This document shows, one piece after another, positions 20,076 through 30,330 of a DNA stretch of 64,000 nucleotides; positions within the stretch are counted from its first letter, which is position 1; each line of letters starts with the position of its first letter. Source of the stretch: Candidatus Woesearchaeota archaeon (GTDB lineage: Archaea; Nanobdellota; Nanobdellia; Woesearchaeales; UBA11576); NCBI GenBank assembly GCA_018668595.1, contig JABJCP010000043.1:36490-100489 (forward strand), in the 5' to 3' direction. The position numbers and the translations under genes were made by a program. The notes below the pieces were generated by a model. The model made no database searches. It had not been told where the DNA came from and was given only the letters and a program-made list of their open reading frames with translations.

Positions 20076-21245
20076 TCATCCAAACATTCTAAGATAATCA
20101 TCGCCTTCTAAATTTTCATCACGTTTAACTTTCTTAATGGCTTCTAATAAGTCTTTCTCGAGTATTCTTGTTCTATTTGCACGTATTGCAAAATATCCTG
20201 CTTCAGTACATACTGCTTTGATTTCAGCACCACTATATTCATCAAGGTTTTTGTGGACTTTATCTAAGTTAATACGCTTGTCTAATGTCATATTTTTAGT
20301 GTGAATTGCAAATATTTGTTTAATTCCTTCAATATTAGGAAGTGGTACTTCAATTAATCTATCTAATCTGCCTGGTCTTGTTACTGCAGGATCTAGTATA
20401 TCTTTTCTATTAGTACAACCAATTATTTTTACATCTCCGAGTGGTTTAAAACCATCTATTTCTGCAAGTAATTGCATAAATGTTCTTTGTACTTCTCGCT
20501 CACCACTAGTTCCTATATCAATTCGTGTAGACGCTAGTGCATCAATTTCATCAATAAATATGATAGATGGTGCTTTTTCTCGTGCCATTTGAAATATTTC
20601 TTTTATCATTTTAGCACCTTCACCAATGAATTTTTGAACAAGTTCACTTCCTACAATTTCAATAAAATTTGAATCAGTACTTGCAGCTACTGCTTTTGCA
20701 AGAATTGTTTTTCCTGTTCCTGGAGGTCCATACAAAAGAATTCCTTTTGGAGGATGAATTCCTATTTTTTTGAATAGTTCTGGCTTTTTCAAAGGTAGTT
20801 CAACAACTTCTTTAATTTCATTAATTTGATGATCAAGGCCTCCTACTTCAGACCATTTAATTTTTGGTTTTTCTACTATTACAAATTTATCTACATTAAA
20901 TGTTTTTGCTACAGGAATTACTTTAACAATTGTTAGATTTTTTTGTTCGACAAGAACTGAATCTCCTGATTTTAATTCATTTAATCCTTTACCAATTCCA
21001 ACAAAAAATTCATTGCCATTATTTAATCTTAATATTGCATTTTCATCCATAATTTCTTTTACTTCTGCAACCAATAATGGAGGCTGATGAAATCTTTCTA
21101 GTTCTCGTTTAAGTTGAGTTACTGTTTGTTTAAGAATTTGATTTTCTTGCTCTAATACAGATGCATTCTCAGCATATCCACCCATTAAATTTCGCACTAA
21201 TTCTTCGTCAGATACAGATGTTTTTTTTGAGTTTTTAATTTTCAT
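20076..21245 (-). CDS. pan: Proteasome-activating nucleotidase (AAA+ ATPase)
   Basis: N-terminal coiled coil, then an AAA module with GPPGTGKT Walker A, Walker B DEID and second region of homology. Length 389 aa. Confidence 0.85.
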   Translation of the reverse strand: MKIKNSKKTSVSDEELVRNLMGGYAENASVLEQENQILKQTVTQLKRELERFHQPPLLVAEVKEIMDENAILRLNNGNEFFVGIGKGLNELKSGDSVLVEQKNLTIVKVIPVAKTFNVDKFVIVEKPKIKWSEVGGLDHQINEIKEVVELPLKKPELFKKIGIHPPKGILLYGPPGTGKTILAKAVAASTDSNFIEIVGSELVQKFIGEGAKMIKEIFQMAREKAPSIIFIDEIDALASTRIDIGTSGEREVQRTFMQLLAEIDGFKPLGDVKIIGCTNRKDILDPAVTRPGRLDRLIEVPLPNIEGIKQIFAIHTKNMTLDKRINLDKVHKNLDEYSGAEIKAVCTEAGYFAIRANRTRILEKDLLEAIKKVKRDENLEGDDYLRMFG

Positions 21246-21333
21246 AAATTCTACAATTTCAATCTATCTTATTTAAAGTTTGTGTTTTTTCGGGCTAATA
21301 TGAAATCCTTTTTCTAAATAGAATGTTTTAAAT

Positions 21334-22428
21334 ATGAGTTCTCACACAATAAATTATAAAATGACAGATCCTAGAACTAAAAAACTTGCAGATATTTTGG
21401 TTAATTATTCTATAAATGTTAAAACAGGTAATACTATTTTAATTAGATTTCACGTCGATGCTAAGCCATTAGCACTAGAATGTTATAAATTGATCTTAAA
21501 AAAAGGGGCTTATGCTAAACTTAAACCCATAGTTGATGGTTTTTCATATGAATTTTACAAAAACGCGTCTGAAACTCAACTCAATCACGTCTCAAAAATG
21601 GAAAAGTATGAATCAAAAAATATTGATGGACATATTTTTATTGGCGGAGATTATAATACCAAAGAATTTAGCAATATAGATCCTAAAAAAGTTGCAACAA
21701 GAAGAAAAGTTCTCAATCCAATTCTAAAAGCGCGTTTAAAAAAAGATAATTGGGTTCTTTGTAAATATCCAACACATGCATTAGCTCAAGATGCAGAAAT
21801 GTCTTTATCAGAATTCGAAGACTTTTTGTACAAAGCAACGAATATTGAATGGAAAAAAGAAATTAAATTCCAAAAAAAGATTAAAGCTTATCTTGACAAA
21901 GCAAAGCATGTTAGAATTACATGTAAAGATACAGATATCGAATTTTCAATTAAAGGTCGTCAAGGAATCATGTGTTGCGGTGAAAGAAATATGCCTGATG
22001 GAGAAGTTTTTATTGCTCCTGTTGAAAAATCTACTAATGGAAAAATATCATATTCATTTCCTGCAATCTATGGCGGCAAAGAAGTTACAGGAATAAAATT
22101 AGAATTCAAAGCAGGTAAAGTTATCAAAGCTACTGCTGAAAAAAACCAAGCGCTTCTAGAAAAAATGATTAGTATTGACAAAGGTGCAAAATTTTTAGGA
22201 GAATTTGGCATTGGATTAAATAAAGGTCTCAACAAATTCACAAGACAGATTCTTTTTGATGAAAAAATGGGCGGAACAATTCATCTCGCTCTTGGAATGG
22301 CTTACAAAGAAGGTGGTGGAAAAAACGATTCTGCACTTCATTGGGATATGATTAAAGATTTAAGAAAAGGAGGAATAATATATCTTGACGGTAAAATATT
22401 TCAAAAGAATGGAAAGTTTGTTTTCTAA
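21334..22428 (+). CDS. M29-family (AmpS/aminopeptidase T-like) aminopeptidase
   Basis: 364 aa. Overall resemblance to thermophilic aminopeptidase family. Weakly supported from sequence alone. Confidence 0.5.
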   Translation: MSSHTINYKMTDPRTKKLADILVNYSINVKTGNTILIRFHVDAKPLALECYKLILKKGAYAKLKPIVDGFSYEFYKNASETQLNHVSKMEKYESKNIDGHIFIGGDYNTKEFSNIDPKKVATRRKVLNPILKARLKKDNWVLCKYPTHALAQDAEMSLSEFEDFLYKATNIEWKKEIKFQKKIKAYLDKAKHVRITCKDTDIEFSIKGRQGIMCCGERNMPDGEVFIAPVEKSTNGKISYSFPAIYGGKEVTGIKLEFKAGKVIKATAEKNQALLEKMISIDKGAKFLGEFGIGLNKGLNKFTRQILFDEKMGGTIHLALGMAYKEGGGKNDSALHWDMIKDLRKGGIIYLDGKIFQKNGKFVF

Positions 22429-22461
22429 AAGATACGGAATATACTAATCTGTAAAAAAACA

Positions 22462-23601
22462 TTAATAATTTATAATTAATAAATTCTTCCCAACTGTAGA
22501 TAAAACCTTAGGTCCTCTAGATGTAATTAACAAATCATCTTCTATTCGAATTCCGTATTTTCCTGGAAAATAAAGTCCTGGTTCAATTGTTATTACCATA
22601 TTCTGTTCTAGAATATCTCCTCCAGAAATTAAACCTTTTTTAACTTTTACATTTGGCGCTTCATGAACATCAATACCCACGCCATGACCTATGTTATGAA
22701 TAAAGTTTTTTGCTTTTGAACCAAATTCAGCAACACTAATTTTATGAACATCTGAATATTTTGTTCCAACAACACATGATTTTATTGCTTTTTTTTGTGC
22801 AGATAAAACCAGATAATAATTTTCAATTTCTTTTTTACTCGGAGTTCCAACATAAAGTATTCTTGTAAGATCAGAGCAATAACCGTTGTATTTCAAACCA
22901 AAATCAATAACTAAAAATCCTTTTCTAATTTTCTTCGGTTGAGCTTTATAATGAGGAGTTGCTCCTCCTGCGCCTGATGCAACTATTGGTCTAAATGATA
23001 ATTCACATCCTGCTTTTATTGTCTCCGAAGTTAAAAATGCTTCAATATCAGTTTCTGTATTAAATTTTTTAATATTCCAAAATAATTTATGAAATATTTG
23101 ATCTGTAATTTTCACTGCTTTTTTGATTTTTTTAATTTCTGATTCTGTTTTTATTTTTCTTAAATTAAAAAGTAAACTTGATATATCTGTAAATTTACAG
23201 TTAAATAATTTTTTGAATTTTTTATAATTGTTTAATTTTATAGAGCTTCCATCTATACCTATTTTTTGATTTTTTGCAATATTAATTTTCGATTTTACGT
23301 CAGAAAACAGATTTTTTGATTTAATAACTTTAACAAATTTAGATACTTTTGATTTTGCAGAATCATATTCCATTTCAGGAACATATAATTTAGCTGATTT
23401 TATGTCAATAACTAATATGCCATAGCCTTTAAAATTTGTTAAATAAAAAAAGTTACTATCAGGATTATTAAAATCCATATTAACAAAAAAAGCACATTTT
23501 ATTTTCTCTTTTGTCAAATATGTTTGCAAATGTTTAATTTTATTCCTGTTTTTTTTTGATTTAATCATTTGAGATTTAATCATTTGAAATTCAATCAGCA
23601 A
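22462..23601 (-). CDS. M24-family Xaa-Pro aminopeptidase/dipeptidase
   Basis: HGVGIDVHE and a later glutamate in the EPG motif (VITIEPGLYFPG; metal ligands of the pita-bread fold) plus an upstream D...D pair. 379 aa. Confidence 0.75.
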   Translation of the reverse strand: MLIEFQMIKSQMIKSKKNRNKIKHLQTYLTKEKIKCAFFVNMDFNNPDSNFFYLTNFKGYGILVIDIKSAKLYVPEMEYDSAKSKVSKFVKVIKSKNLFSDVKSKINIAKNQKIGIDGSSIKLNNYKKFKKLFNCKFTDISSLLFNLRKIKTESEIKKIKKAVKITDQIFHKLFWNIKKFNTETDIEAFLTSETIKAGCELSFRPIVASGAGGATPHYKAQPKKIRKGFLVIDFGLKYNGYCSDLTRILYVGTPSKKEIENYYLVLSAQKKAIKSCVVGTKYSDVHKISVAEFGSKAKNFIHNIGHGVGIDVHEAPNVKVKKGLISGGDILEQNMVITIEPGLYFPGKYGIRIEDDLLITSRGPKVLSTVGKNLLIINY

Positions 23602-24693
23602 TTATCTAGTTATAGTATAACTATTAACTTCTTCAAGTAATTTTTTTGCACTTTGGTTCTTTTCAAAATATTCTCTTACTGGTTCTATTAATTTATTTGT
23701 TTCTCGCGCTACAGCACCTTTTAGATCTGCAGGATGTAATTCCCCGCTTCTAAATGCAGCTTCGAGTTCTGCATAATTTGTATATTCTAAGTTCCCACCC
23801 CATTTTTCAGGTCGCTCTATTAGTAAAGAATCTACTTTTTCAAATATTATATATTTGCAATATTCTAAAATTGGATTTTCATTAATTTCTTTTTCTGGAC
23901 AATATGCTTTATTCATTTTTCTTTTAATTTCTTCTTCTGTATCTGTCATCCATATTGCACTATCGGGTTTTGATTTTGACATTTTCATATCTATCATTCT
24001 GTCAACATTGCTTTGTCCGTCTGCTCCTGCAGTTGCACTTGCTGGTTGTCCAAGTCCCATCAACATGTGATGTGAAACTACAACAGGTTTCCAAAAACCA
24101 ATTTTTGGTCCGACTTCTCGTGCTAAAACATTTACTTTTCTCTGATCCATTCCTAACTGAGTTATATCTGCTTTTAGATGGAATATATCTGAGCACTGCA
24201 TGCAAGGATAAAATATCTGCGCAGCACTAAGTCCTTCTCCTTCTTTTCGCCCCATGATTTGTGAACATCTTGTAATTCGTGTAACTGTATTGTTTCTTGC
24301 AACATTTACAACTTTTTTCCAATAGTCACGATCGTCCATTACTTCTGACGCCCATAAGAATTTGATTTTGTCAACATCCATTCCGCATGCTTTCCAAACT
24401 TCTATTTGATATTTTCCAACATTTTGAATTTTATCAAGATCTCCACCCATTTTATTATTCATCCATCCAAACCAATCTGCAACCCACATTTTAAAATTGA
24501 TTCCTGCTTTAATCATTTTATTAACATTGATTGTTCTCATAATTCCTTGTGCCAAATGCAATTTTCCAGATGGTTCAAATCCATCATAAGCTATTGGATT
24601 CTCTTTAGTTTGTAATAACTCGCGTAGTTCTTCTTCTGTTAGAATTTCCTCTCCAACTTCTTTAATAAGGTTCATTCGTGTTTCAATATCCAT
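23602..24693 (-). CDS. tyrS: Tyrosyl-tRNA synthetase (archaeal type)
   Basis: AYDGFEPSGKLHLAQG (HIGH-region variant), KMSKS, and a C-terminal region closely resembling archaeal TyrRS (RPEKWGGNLEY...GELHPADLKGAVA). Confidence 0.85.
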   Translation of the reverse strand: MDIETRMNLIKEVGEEILTEEELRELLQTKENPIAYDGFEPSGKLHLAQGIMRTINVNKMIKAGINFKMWVADWFGWMNNKMGGDLDKIQNVGKYQIEVWKACGMDVDKIKFLWASEVMDDRDYWKKVVNVARNNTVTRITRCSQIMGRKEGEGLSAAQIFYPCMQCSDIFHLKADITQLGMDQRKVNVLAREVGPKIGFWKPVVVSHHMLMGLGQPASATAGADGQSNVDRMIDMKMSKSKPDSAIWMTDTEEEIKRKMNKAYCPEKEINENPILEYCKYIIFEKVDSLLIERPEKWGGNLEYTNYAELEAAFRSGELHPADLKGAVARETNKLIEPVREYFEKNQSAKKLLEEVNSYTITR

Positions 24694-24851
24694 ATTATAT
24701 CACCTTTTATTTAATCTCTAAAAACATCATAATTATTTAATATGATAAATATATCAAATTTTTGTTATTTATATGTTTTTCTGAATATAATCTTAAAAAC
24801 TAAAAAAAAATCAAGAAAAACGAATATCTAAAAACAAAAAAAACAAAAAAA

Positions 24852-25535
24852 TTATTTTTTTATTGCGACCAGCATAGTAGCATCTCCAGAATCAACATCG
24901 AGACGATTCCAAATTAAAGACTCAGTAATGCTATCCGTGTCAGGCTCAGGAGTATCATACATAAGGGCTCTTCCAAAATATACTCCTTTAACAATCAAAT
25001 TTGGACAAACATTTGAATCATAACTTCTAGCGATTTTTAATGCTCGATCCTGGTCATCTTCGTTTCCTACTATTTTTGCTCCAGGCATTAATTCATAACT
25101 ATATTTGTCACACATTTTTTTCATTACTCTATAAAACGCAGGGTTTTGTGTTCGAGATAATAAAACTTCACAAGGGTTCAACATTAGTTGCATTTCTAAT
25201 AGCAAATTCGCAATACCTTTTTCTTGCAATTCTCGTCTAATTAAAACAGTATTGTAGTAATTAATATCTTGGCAATTAAGATTTATTATTTCATTAACAC
25301 TATAACCTACGATCTTTTCTCCACTTTCAGTTTTTTTTGCTAACAAAATTAAACTATCTGAAGCTCTTGTTCTGCTATCAATTGCTTCGTAAGGTAACCA
25401 TCGTCCGAATGAATCAACTGCAACATCATATAAATTGTCAATAAGTTGATCTTGCCATTCGTTTGTTAATTCTCTAGGATCTAAAACATAATTTACAATG
25501 CCGCGGTCAGATAATTCGGTTCTTATTTCAAGCAA
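24852..25535 (-). CDS. GNAT-like hypothetical protein
   Basis: RRELQEKGIANLLL resembles the GNAT acetyl-CoA binding motif. Weak. Confidence 0.4.
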   Translation of the reverse strand: MLEIRTELSDRGIVNYVLDPRELTNEWQDQLIDNLYDVAVDSFGRWLPYEAIDSRTRASDSLILLAKKTESGEKIVGYSVNEIINLNCQDINYYNTVLIRRELQEKGIANLLLEMQLMLNPCEVLLSRTQNPAFYRVMKKMCDKYSYELMPGAKIVGNEDDQDRALKIARSYDSNVCPNLIVKGVYFGRALMYDTPEPDTDSITESLIWNRLDVDSGDATMLVAIKK

Positions 25536-25572
25536 CCTTTTTTTTCTTGATCGATTATTAGCTAAATTGTTA

Positions 25573-25711
25573 TCTAAAGGGACAAGATGCTAATTGTTTC
25601 GAACTTGATTCTACTAATGATTTTATTTGTTGTTCTAAGTTTTTATGAATTCCATAAAGTTTTGAATTAATTTCATTATTTATTTTATTTGTTTCGATTG
25701 AATTTTTCATT
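25573..25711 (-). CDS. Possible small ORF (46 aa), below the ORF-track cutoff
   Basis: GGAGGAAT sits 9 nt upstream of the ATG on the minus strand. The ORF reads MKNSIETNKINNEINSKLYGIHKNLEQQIKSLVESSSKQLASCPFR. Confidence 0.2.
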
Positions 25712-25750
25712 TTTTTATTCCTCCATCTAGTTTAATAATTAATAACTAAC

Positions 25751-25800
25751 TAATTAAATAACTAAATAATTAAATAATTAAATAATTAAATAATCAATAA
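25751..25800. repeat. AT microsatellite (TAAATAAT)n
   Basis: Four to five tandem 8-nt units in the 550-bp intergenic region 25536-26088. Confidence 0.5.
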
Positions 25801-26088
25801 ATCAATTACCAACATCATAATTTAATCTCGTCGATAAAATTATAATTGATATGATTTTCAGAACTAATGTTTCATTTCAAAGCAAAAAGGATTTCAAACC
25901 ATTGCTTTAAAAAAATAGAAACTTATCATCAGTTTCAAATCTAACTAAAATAAAAATAGAATTCAAATTTTAACAAACAATCTAAATTTTTCATACTTAA
26001 CAGATAAACAATAATCATATTTAAACATATGCATTATTTTTTTGTTCATATTCCGAAAAACTAAAAAAATTAAACAAAAAATTAAAAA

Positions 26089-26487
26089 TTATTTTTCAAG
26101 AGCAATTACTAAAGTTTCTAGTTGTCCTACAGTTAATTTTTCTGGATCAAAGCCTATTTTATCAATTCGTTCAGCCAATTCAGTTTTCTGTTTTTGCTCT
26201 TTTTCAAATTCTTCTTCTTTGAATTCTAAATATTTCTTGATTTTTTCACCAGTAGAATCAAGCCCTATTTCTTCTATTGAAGAATATAGATCTTTTATCT
26301 GATCCAAGCTAAATCTATCCAATTCTAAAATCACATTAGAACTGGGCACAGGCTTAACCAAGGGTTTATCAACAACTTTGCTATCTTTAGTATATGAGGG
26401 TCTACTCGAACCAAACATACTCGGCATTCCATATTGTCCTACTAACATTACTCCTAAAAATATCATACAACTTATTATTTCAATCAT
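26089..26487 (-). CDS. Membrane-anchored hypothetical protein
   Basis: N-terminal TM helix, acidic C-terminal coiled region. 132 aa. Confidence 0.4.
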   Translation of the reverse strand: MIEIISCMIFLGVMLVGQYGMPSMFGSSRPSYTKDSKVVDKPLVKPVPSSNVILELDRFSLDQIKDLYSSIEEIGLDSTGEKIKKYLEFKEEEFEKEQKQKTELAERIDKIGFDPEKLTVGQLETLVIALEK

Positions 26488-26554
26488 TTTTCTTTACCTC
26501 TCGATTTCATTTTTTTCATTTTAAATTTGATTAATCAAATCAATTTCAATTAAT

Positions 26555-27160
26555 TTATTCACTGTTTATCACATCATACAATCTTTGTGCTTCAGGAATC
26601 AGATCATTGTTGTCATACAAACTCTCAGGTTCTATTAACAATCCCATATGTACAAAATTTTCACGAACTACTCTGCCTTCATGCACTATTGCAAATATAG
26701 GCATTACTCCAAACACTTCAAATCCTAAATTTCTGAATGTTTTTTGCATCGGTTTCATTCCGCCTCTTGCAAATGCAAATACGTATTGTAAACCTTGTTC
26801 TTTTGCAACACCAACTAATTCTCCACACAGATCCTTGCTAAGTCCATTTCCTCTGTATTCATCTGCAACAACAACTCTTTCAATTTCTCCGCCTTTGATT
26901 ATATCTGCAATTGCTAGTGCTGCAGCACCCACTATTTTTCCATTTTGTGAAGCTACAATATAATGTACATTTGGATCTGCAATCATCCCATTTATGAACT
27001 CAGGATTATTGAGTTTTCCTTCATGTACCAATATGTGTTCAGAAAAAGCAATCTCATACATTTCTGCTATTTGTCCAGAATCTTGAGCAGATGCTAATCT
27101 TATCTCTATATCAGGATGCGCCCTCTCACCAAGCATTTCGCTTACAATAGGGGCAACCAC
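26555..27160 (-). CDS. GNAT-family N-acetyltransferase
   Basis: RGNGLSKDL motif A. 201 aa. The start in the track is a GTG. An in-frame ATG (MLGE) lies 8 codons downstream. Confidence 0.65.
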   Translation of the reverse strand: MVAPIVSEMLGERAHPDIEIRLASAQDSGQIAEMYEIAFSEHILVHEGKLNNPEFINGMIADPNVHYIVASQNGKIVGAAALAIADIIKGGEIERVVVADEYRGNGLSKDLCGELVGVAKEQGLQYVFAFARGGMKPMQKTFRNLGFEVFGVMPIFAIVHEGRVVRENFVHMGLLIEPESLYDNNDLIPEAQRLYDVINSE

Positions 27161-27403
27161 CAGTCATCACTTGTTCAAGTCCTTGTGAACTTGATTTGTG
27201 TATTGTATTTATTCGTTCAGTCATTTTTTTGCCTCCTGTTAAATCTTGCCACATATTACGCTTATTCTAATTACACTTATTCTAATTTCTAATCTACTAT
27301 TGACAAGTTATAATGTAATAAACAAACCCCATATTAAAAATATCTTATCAATTTTTTTGACAAAACCGAAAATATTAAATAAAAAGCTAGGTAAAATAAA
27401 AAT

Positions 27404-28513
27404 ATGAATGATAAAAATAAGCAAATAGTGCAAGGAAGGGTAATAGAAACCAATAAATCACAAGTTTTGCTTGACAAAAAAGATCAACGTATAATTCTAG
27501 AACTCTTCAAAAATGCTAGATCACCTATCAGTCAAATTGCAAAAAAAGTAAAATTATCAAAACAAGTTGTTGATTATAGAATCAAACGCATGGAGCAACA
27601 AAATCTCATTCTCGGTTACACAGCATTTCTCAATAACATGGCAATGGGATATGAAATGTATATTGCTAAATTTCGCCTAAAAAAAATATCTAAAGAAAAA
27701 TTAGAAGAAATAACTAATTTCTTTGTGAATCATCCATTCACTAAATGGGTTGCAACTTGCACAGGTCAATGGGATGTATCTATTGTTTTTATTGCAAAAG
27801 ATATTTTTCACTATAATACTTTAATTCAAGAATTTAATTTTAAATTAAGTGAAAATCTAGTTAAATTCAGAGTTGATCGTTTTATCGAAGAGAATGTTCT
27901 TGGTTTTGATTATTTATTCAAAAATTTATTAAACAAAAATGAGAATAGAACCGACGATATAAATAAAAGTAAAGCTAATAGTAACAATAAAATTGAAAAT
28001 AAAATTAAAAACAAAAACAACAATGGTGCATATACTAAAATAATTAAACTAGATGATATTGATAAACAAATTTTACAAATTTTAGAAACTAATGCTCGTA
28101 CTCCTCTAATCAAAATTGCTAAACAAGTTAACTTAAGTGCTGATGCTGTTAATTATAGAATAAAAAATTTAATAAAAAAAAGAATTATTGTTAAGTTCAT
28201 TCCAAAAATTAATGTCTCTCTTTTACATTATCAATGGTATGTTATTAGTTTATACACCCAAACAAGTTCAGAAAATGAATTTGCAAAATTGATGAGTTTT
28301 CTTAAATCTCAATCTAATATTGTATTTATAATTAGGTGTCCTTCTATTTGGAATATTGAGTTTGATATTCATGTTAAATCATCTAAAGACTTATTTAATT
28401 TGTTAATGGACTTAAGAACTAATTTTTCAGAGATTATTGAAAATATTGAATCTACACTAGTATTTTATGATCATAAATATACTCATCTTCCAAAAGGCAT
28501 TTTAAATGAATAA
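27404..28513 (+). CDS. Lrp/AsnC-type regulator with two tandem HTH modules (paralog of 7913-8854)
   Basis: ILELFKNARSPISQIAKKVKLSKQVVDYRIKRMEQQNLI and ILQILETNARTPLIKIAKQVNLSADAVNYRIKNLIKKRII, separated by an N/K-rich linker. Confidence 0.6.
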   Translation: MNDKNKQIVQGRVIETNKSQVLLDKKDQRIILELFKNARSPISQIAKKVKLSKQVVDYRIKRMEQQNLILGYTAFLNNMAMGYEMYIAKFRLKKISKEKLEEITNFFVNHPFTKWVATCTGQWDVSIVFIAKDIFHYNTLIQEFNFKLSENLVKFRVDRFIEENVLGFDYLFKNLLNKNENRTDDINKSKANSNNKIENKIKNKNNNGAYTKIIKLDDIDKQILQILETNARTPLIKIAKQVNLSADAVNYRIKNLIKKRIIVKFIPKINVSLLHYQWYVISLYTQTSSENEFAKLMSFLKSQSNIVFIIRCPSIWNIEFDIHVKSSKDLFNLLMDLRTNFSEIIENIESTLVFYDHKYTHLPKGILNE

Positions 28514-28662
28514 ACCTTAAAGAAAAAAAGAAAGAAAAATTTGAAATTACACCAAATAAAAACATTTAAATATAAATTCGCATTTATTTTTACTCAAGAG
28601 TTTAAAAAAATAATTATATATGGTACGTTTAAAAACCATTTAAAAACTAGAGGGGGATTATT

Positions 28663-28926
28663 ATGGCTGAAGAGGAAAAAAAATTTTCAAAAGAATTAAT
28701 TGGTAAGACTGTAGTTTCTAAAACAGGTAAGAAATTTGGTCAAGTTGGAGATATTGTTTTTGAAACTAGAAGTGGAGAGCTAATTCATCTTATTCTTGCA
28801 AATCCTACCCAATACATTGATAAATTAGAGCTTGAAAAGGATCGTAAAGGAAACATACTCATCCCATTTAGCTCAGTTATTGCAATAGGGGATTTTTTAG
28901 TTATCTCAGAAGAGGATATTATTTAA
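28663..28926 (+). CDS. PRC-barrel domain protein
   Basis: LIGKTVVSKTGKKFGQVGDIVFETRSGELIHLIL. GGGGG RBS. Confidence 0.5.
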   Translation: MAEEEKKFSKELIGKTVVSKTGKKFGQVGDIVFETRSGELIHLILANPTQYIDKLELEKDRKGNILIPFSSVIAIGDFLVISEEDII

Positions 28927-29090
28927 TATCTGAGTCTGAAAATGGAAAATTTCATTTTCATATTATCTAAAGAAGATATAATAAAATTTTTATTTATTAA
29001 TTTTTATATTTTACTCATTCTTAAATACTAAAGTTTAGATTATAGACTATTTTCACAATCTTTTTATACTACCCTCATTTATTCAAAAAT

Positions 29091-30047
29091 ATGACTTCAG
29101 ATATATGGACTGAAAAATATAGGCCAAAGGTTTTTGCAGATGTTTTAGGTCAAGATGAAATTGTAAAACGTGTAGAGGCTTTTGTTAATAAAAAAAGCAT
29201 GCCTCATTTATTATTTTCAGGTCCTGCAGGAGTAGGTAAAACATCTCTTGCATTGGTAACTGTTAAAGCTTTATTTGGAGATAGTTGGAGAAGTAATTTT
29301 CTTGAACTTAATGCTTCTGATGAGCGAGGAATTGATGTTGTTAGAAATAAAGTAAAAGATTTTGCTCGAACTCGAGCTATTGGCGATGTACCTTTTAAAA
29401 TAATTTATCTTGACGAGTGTGATGCTTTAACTAAAGAAGCTCAACAAGCTCTAAGAAGAACCATGGAAAATTATACTCAAACTTGTAGATTTGTTTTAAG
29501 TTGTAATTATTCTTCAAAGATTATAGATCCTATTCAAAGTCGTTGCGCGATTTTTCGTTTTAAACTTTTACCAAAACAAGATCTTATTAAAGTAATTAAT
29601 TCAATTGCAGAAAAAGAAAATATTAACATTGATGACTCTGCAAAAGAAGCTTTGTTTAATATTTGTGATGGTGATTGTCGTCGTGCTGAAAATATTTTAC
29701 AATCTAGTGCAGTCATCACAGATCATATTACGGATGAAATCATTTATTCTTTAGCATCTGTTGCTCGACCAAAAGAAATTAAAGAAATAATTCAATTAGC
29801 ATTAAATAATAAATTTATTGATAGTAGAAAAAAACTTCTGGATATTATGCTAGAATATGGTTTATCAGGATTAGATATCATTAAACAAATTCAAAAAGAA
29901 GTTCCAAAAATAGATGCTGAAAACAAAAAGAAAATGGAATTAATTGAATTTTGTGGTGAAGCAGAGTTTAGAATGACTGAAGGTTCTGATGAATATGTAC
30001 AACTAGAAGCTCTTCTTGCAAAAATTGTTTTAGTGGGTTATAAATAA
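29091..30047 (+). CDS. rfcS: Replication factor C small subunit
   Basis: GPAGVGKT Walker A, DECD Walker B, SRC motif (QSRCAIFRF) in the clamp-loader arrangement. 318 aa. Confidence 0.9.
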   Translation: MTSDIWTEKYRPKVFADVLGQDEIVKRVEAFVNKKSMPHLLFSGPAGVGKTSLALVTVKALFGDSWRSNFLELNASDERGIDVVRNKVKDFARTRAIGDVPFKIIYLDECDALTKEAQQALRRTMENYTQTCRFVLSCNYSSKIIDPIQSRCAIFRFKLLPKQDLIKVINSIAEKENINIDDSAKEALFNICDGDCRRAENILQSSAVITDHITDEIIYSLASVARPKEIKEIIQLALNNKFIDSRKKLLDIMLEYGLSGLDIIKQIQKEVPKIDAENKKKMELIEFCGEAEFRMTEGSDEYVQLEALLAKIVLVGYK

Positions 30048-30330
30048 CTAATAAACTATTAACATTGACACATTGCCAATACTAACAAATTGCTAATTTT
30101 AGTTACTAATTATATATTACAAAAAAAAGATTACCTCTGCGTTTAATGCGAGTTTATGCTTTCTTTTTTTGTAATAAATACCTAGGAATTTAGTCCTTGG
30201 TTTTTTATTTCTTGAATTAATGTAAAGATTTATTAATACTACCAGGTATTTTTATGTTTAATATTAAATTTAACAGTAAAATTAAAATACTTAAACTTCT
30301 TTAAATCATAAAATAGGTGAAAAAATCAAG

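Noticed and set aside
23602-24693. Calling this synthetase TrpRS rather than TyrRS.
   Set aside because: The GFEPSG...HLG motif, the length (363 aa) and C-terminal similarity to archaeal TyrRS favour TyrRS. Archaeal TrpRS normally has GxxPSG with a different anticodon-binding C-terminus.
27161-27240. Upstream ATG with a strong GGAGGC RBS in a different frame from the GNAT gene 26555-27160, suggesting a frameshifted longer N-terminus.
   Set aside because: The alternative frame terminates after 31 codons and the GNAT frame is closed by TGA just upstream of its GTG. The simpler explanation is a short upstream ORF or a sequencing error. There is no slippery heptamer to support programmed frameshifting.
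30100-30170. Candidate structured RNA in the 283-bp spacer before 30331 (hairpin ctgcgtttaatgcgag).
   Set aside because: The stem is only 4-5 bp, and the rest of the spacer is unstructured AT-rich sequence. This is insufficient for an RNA gene call.
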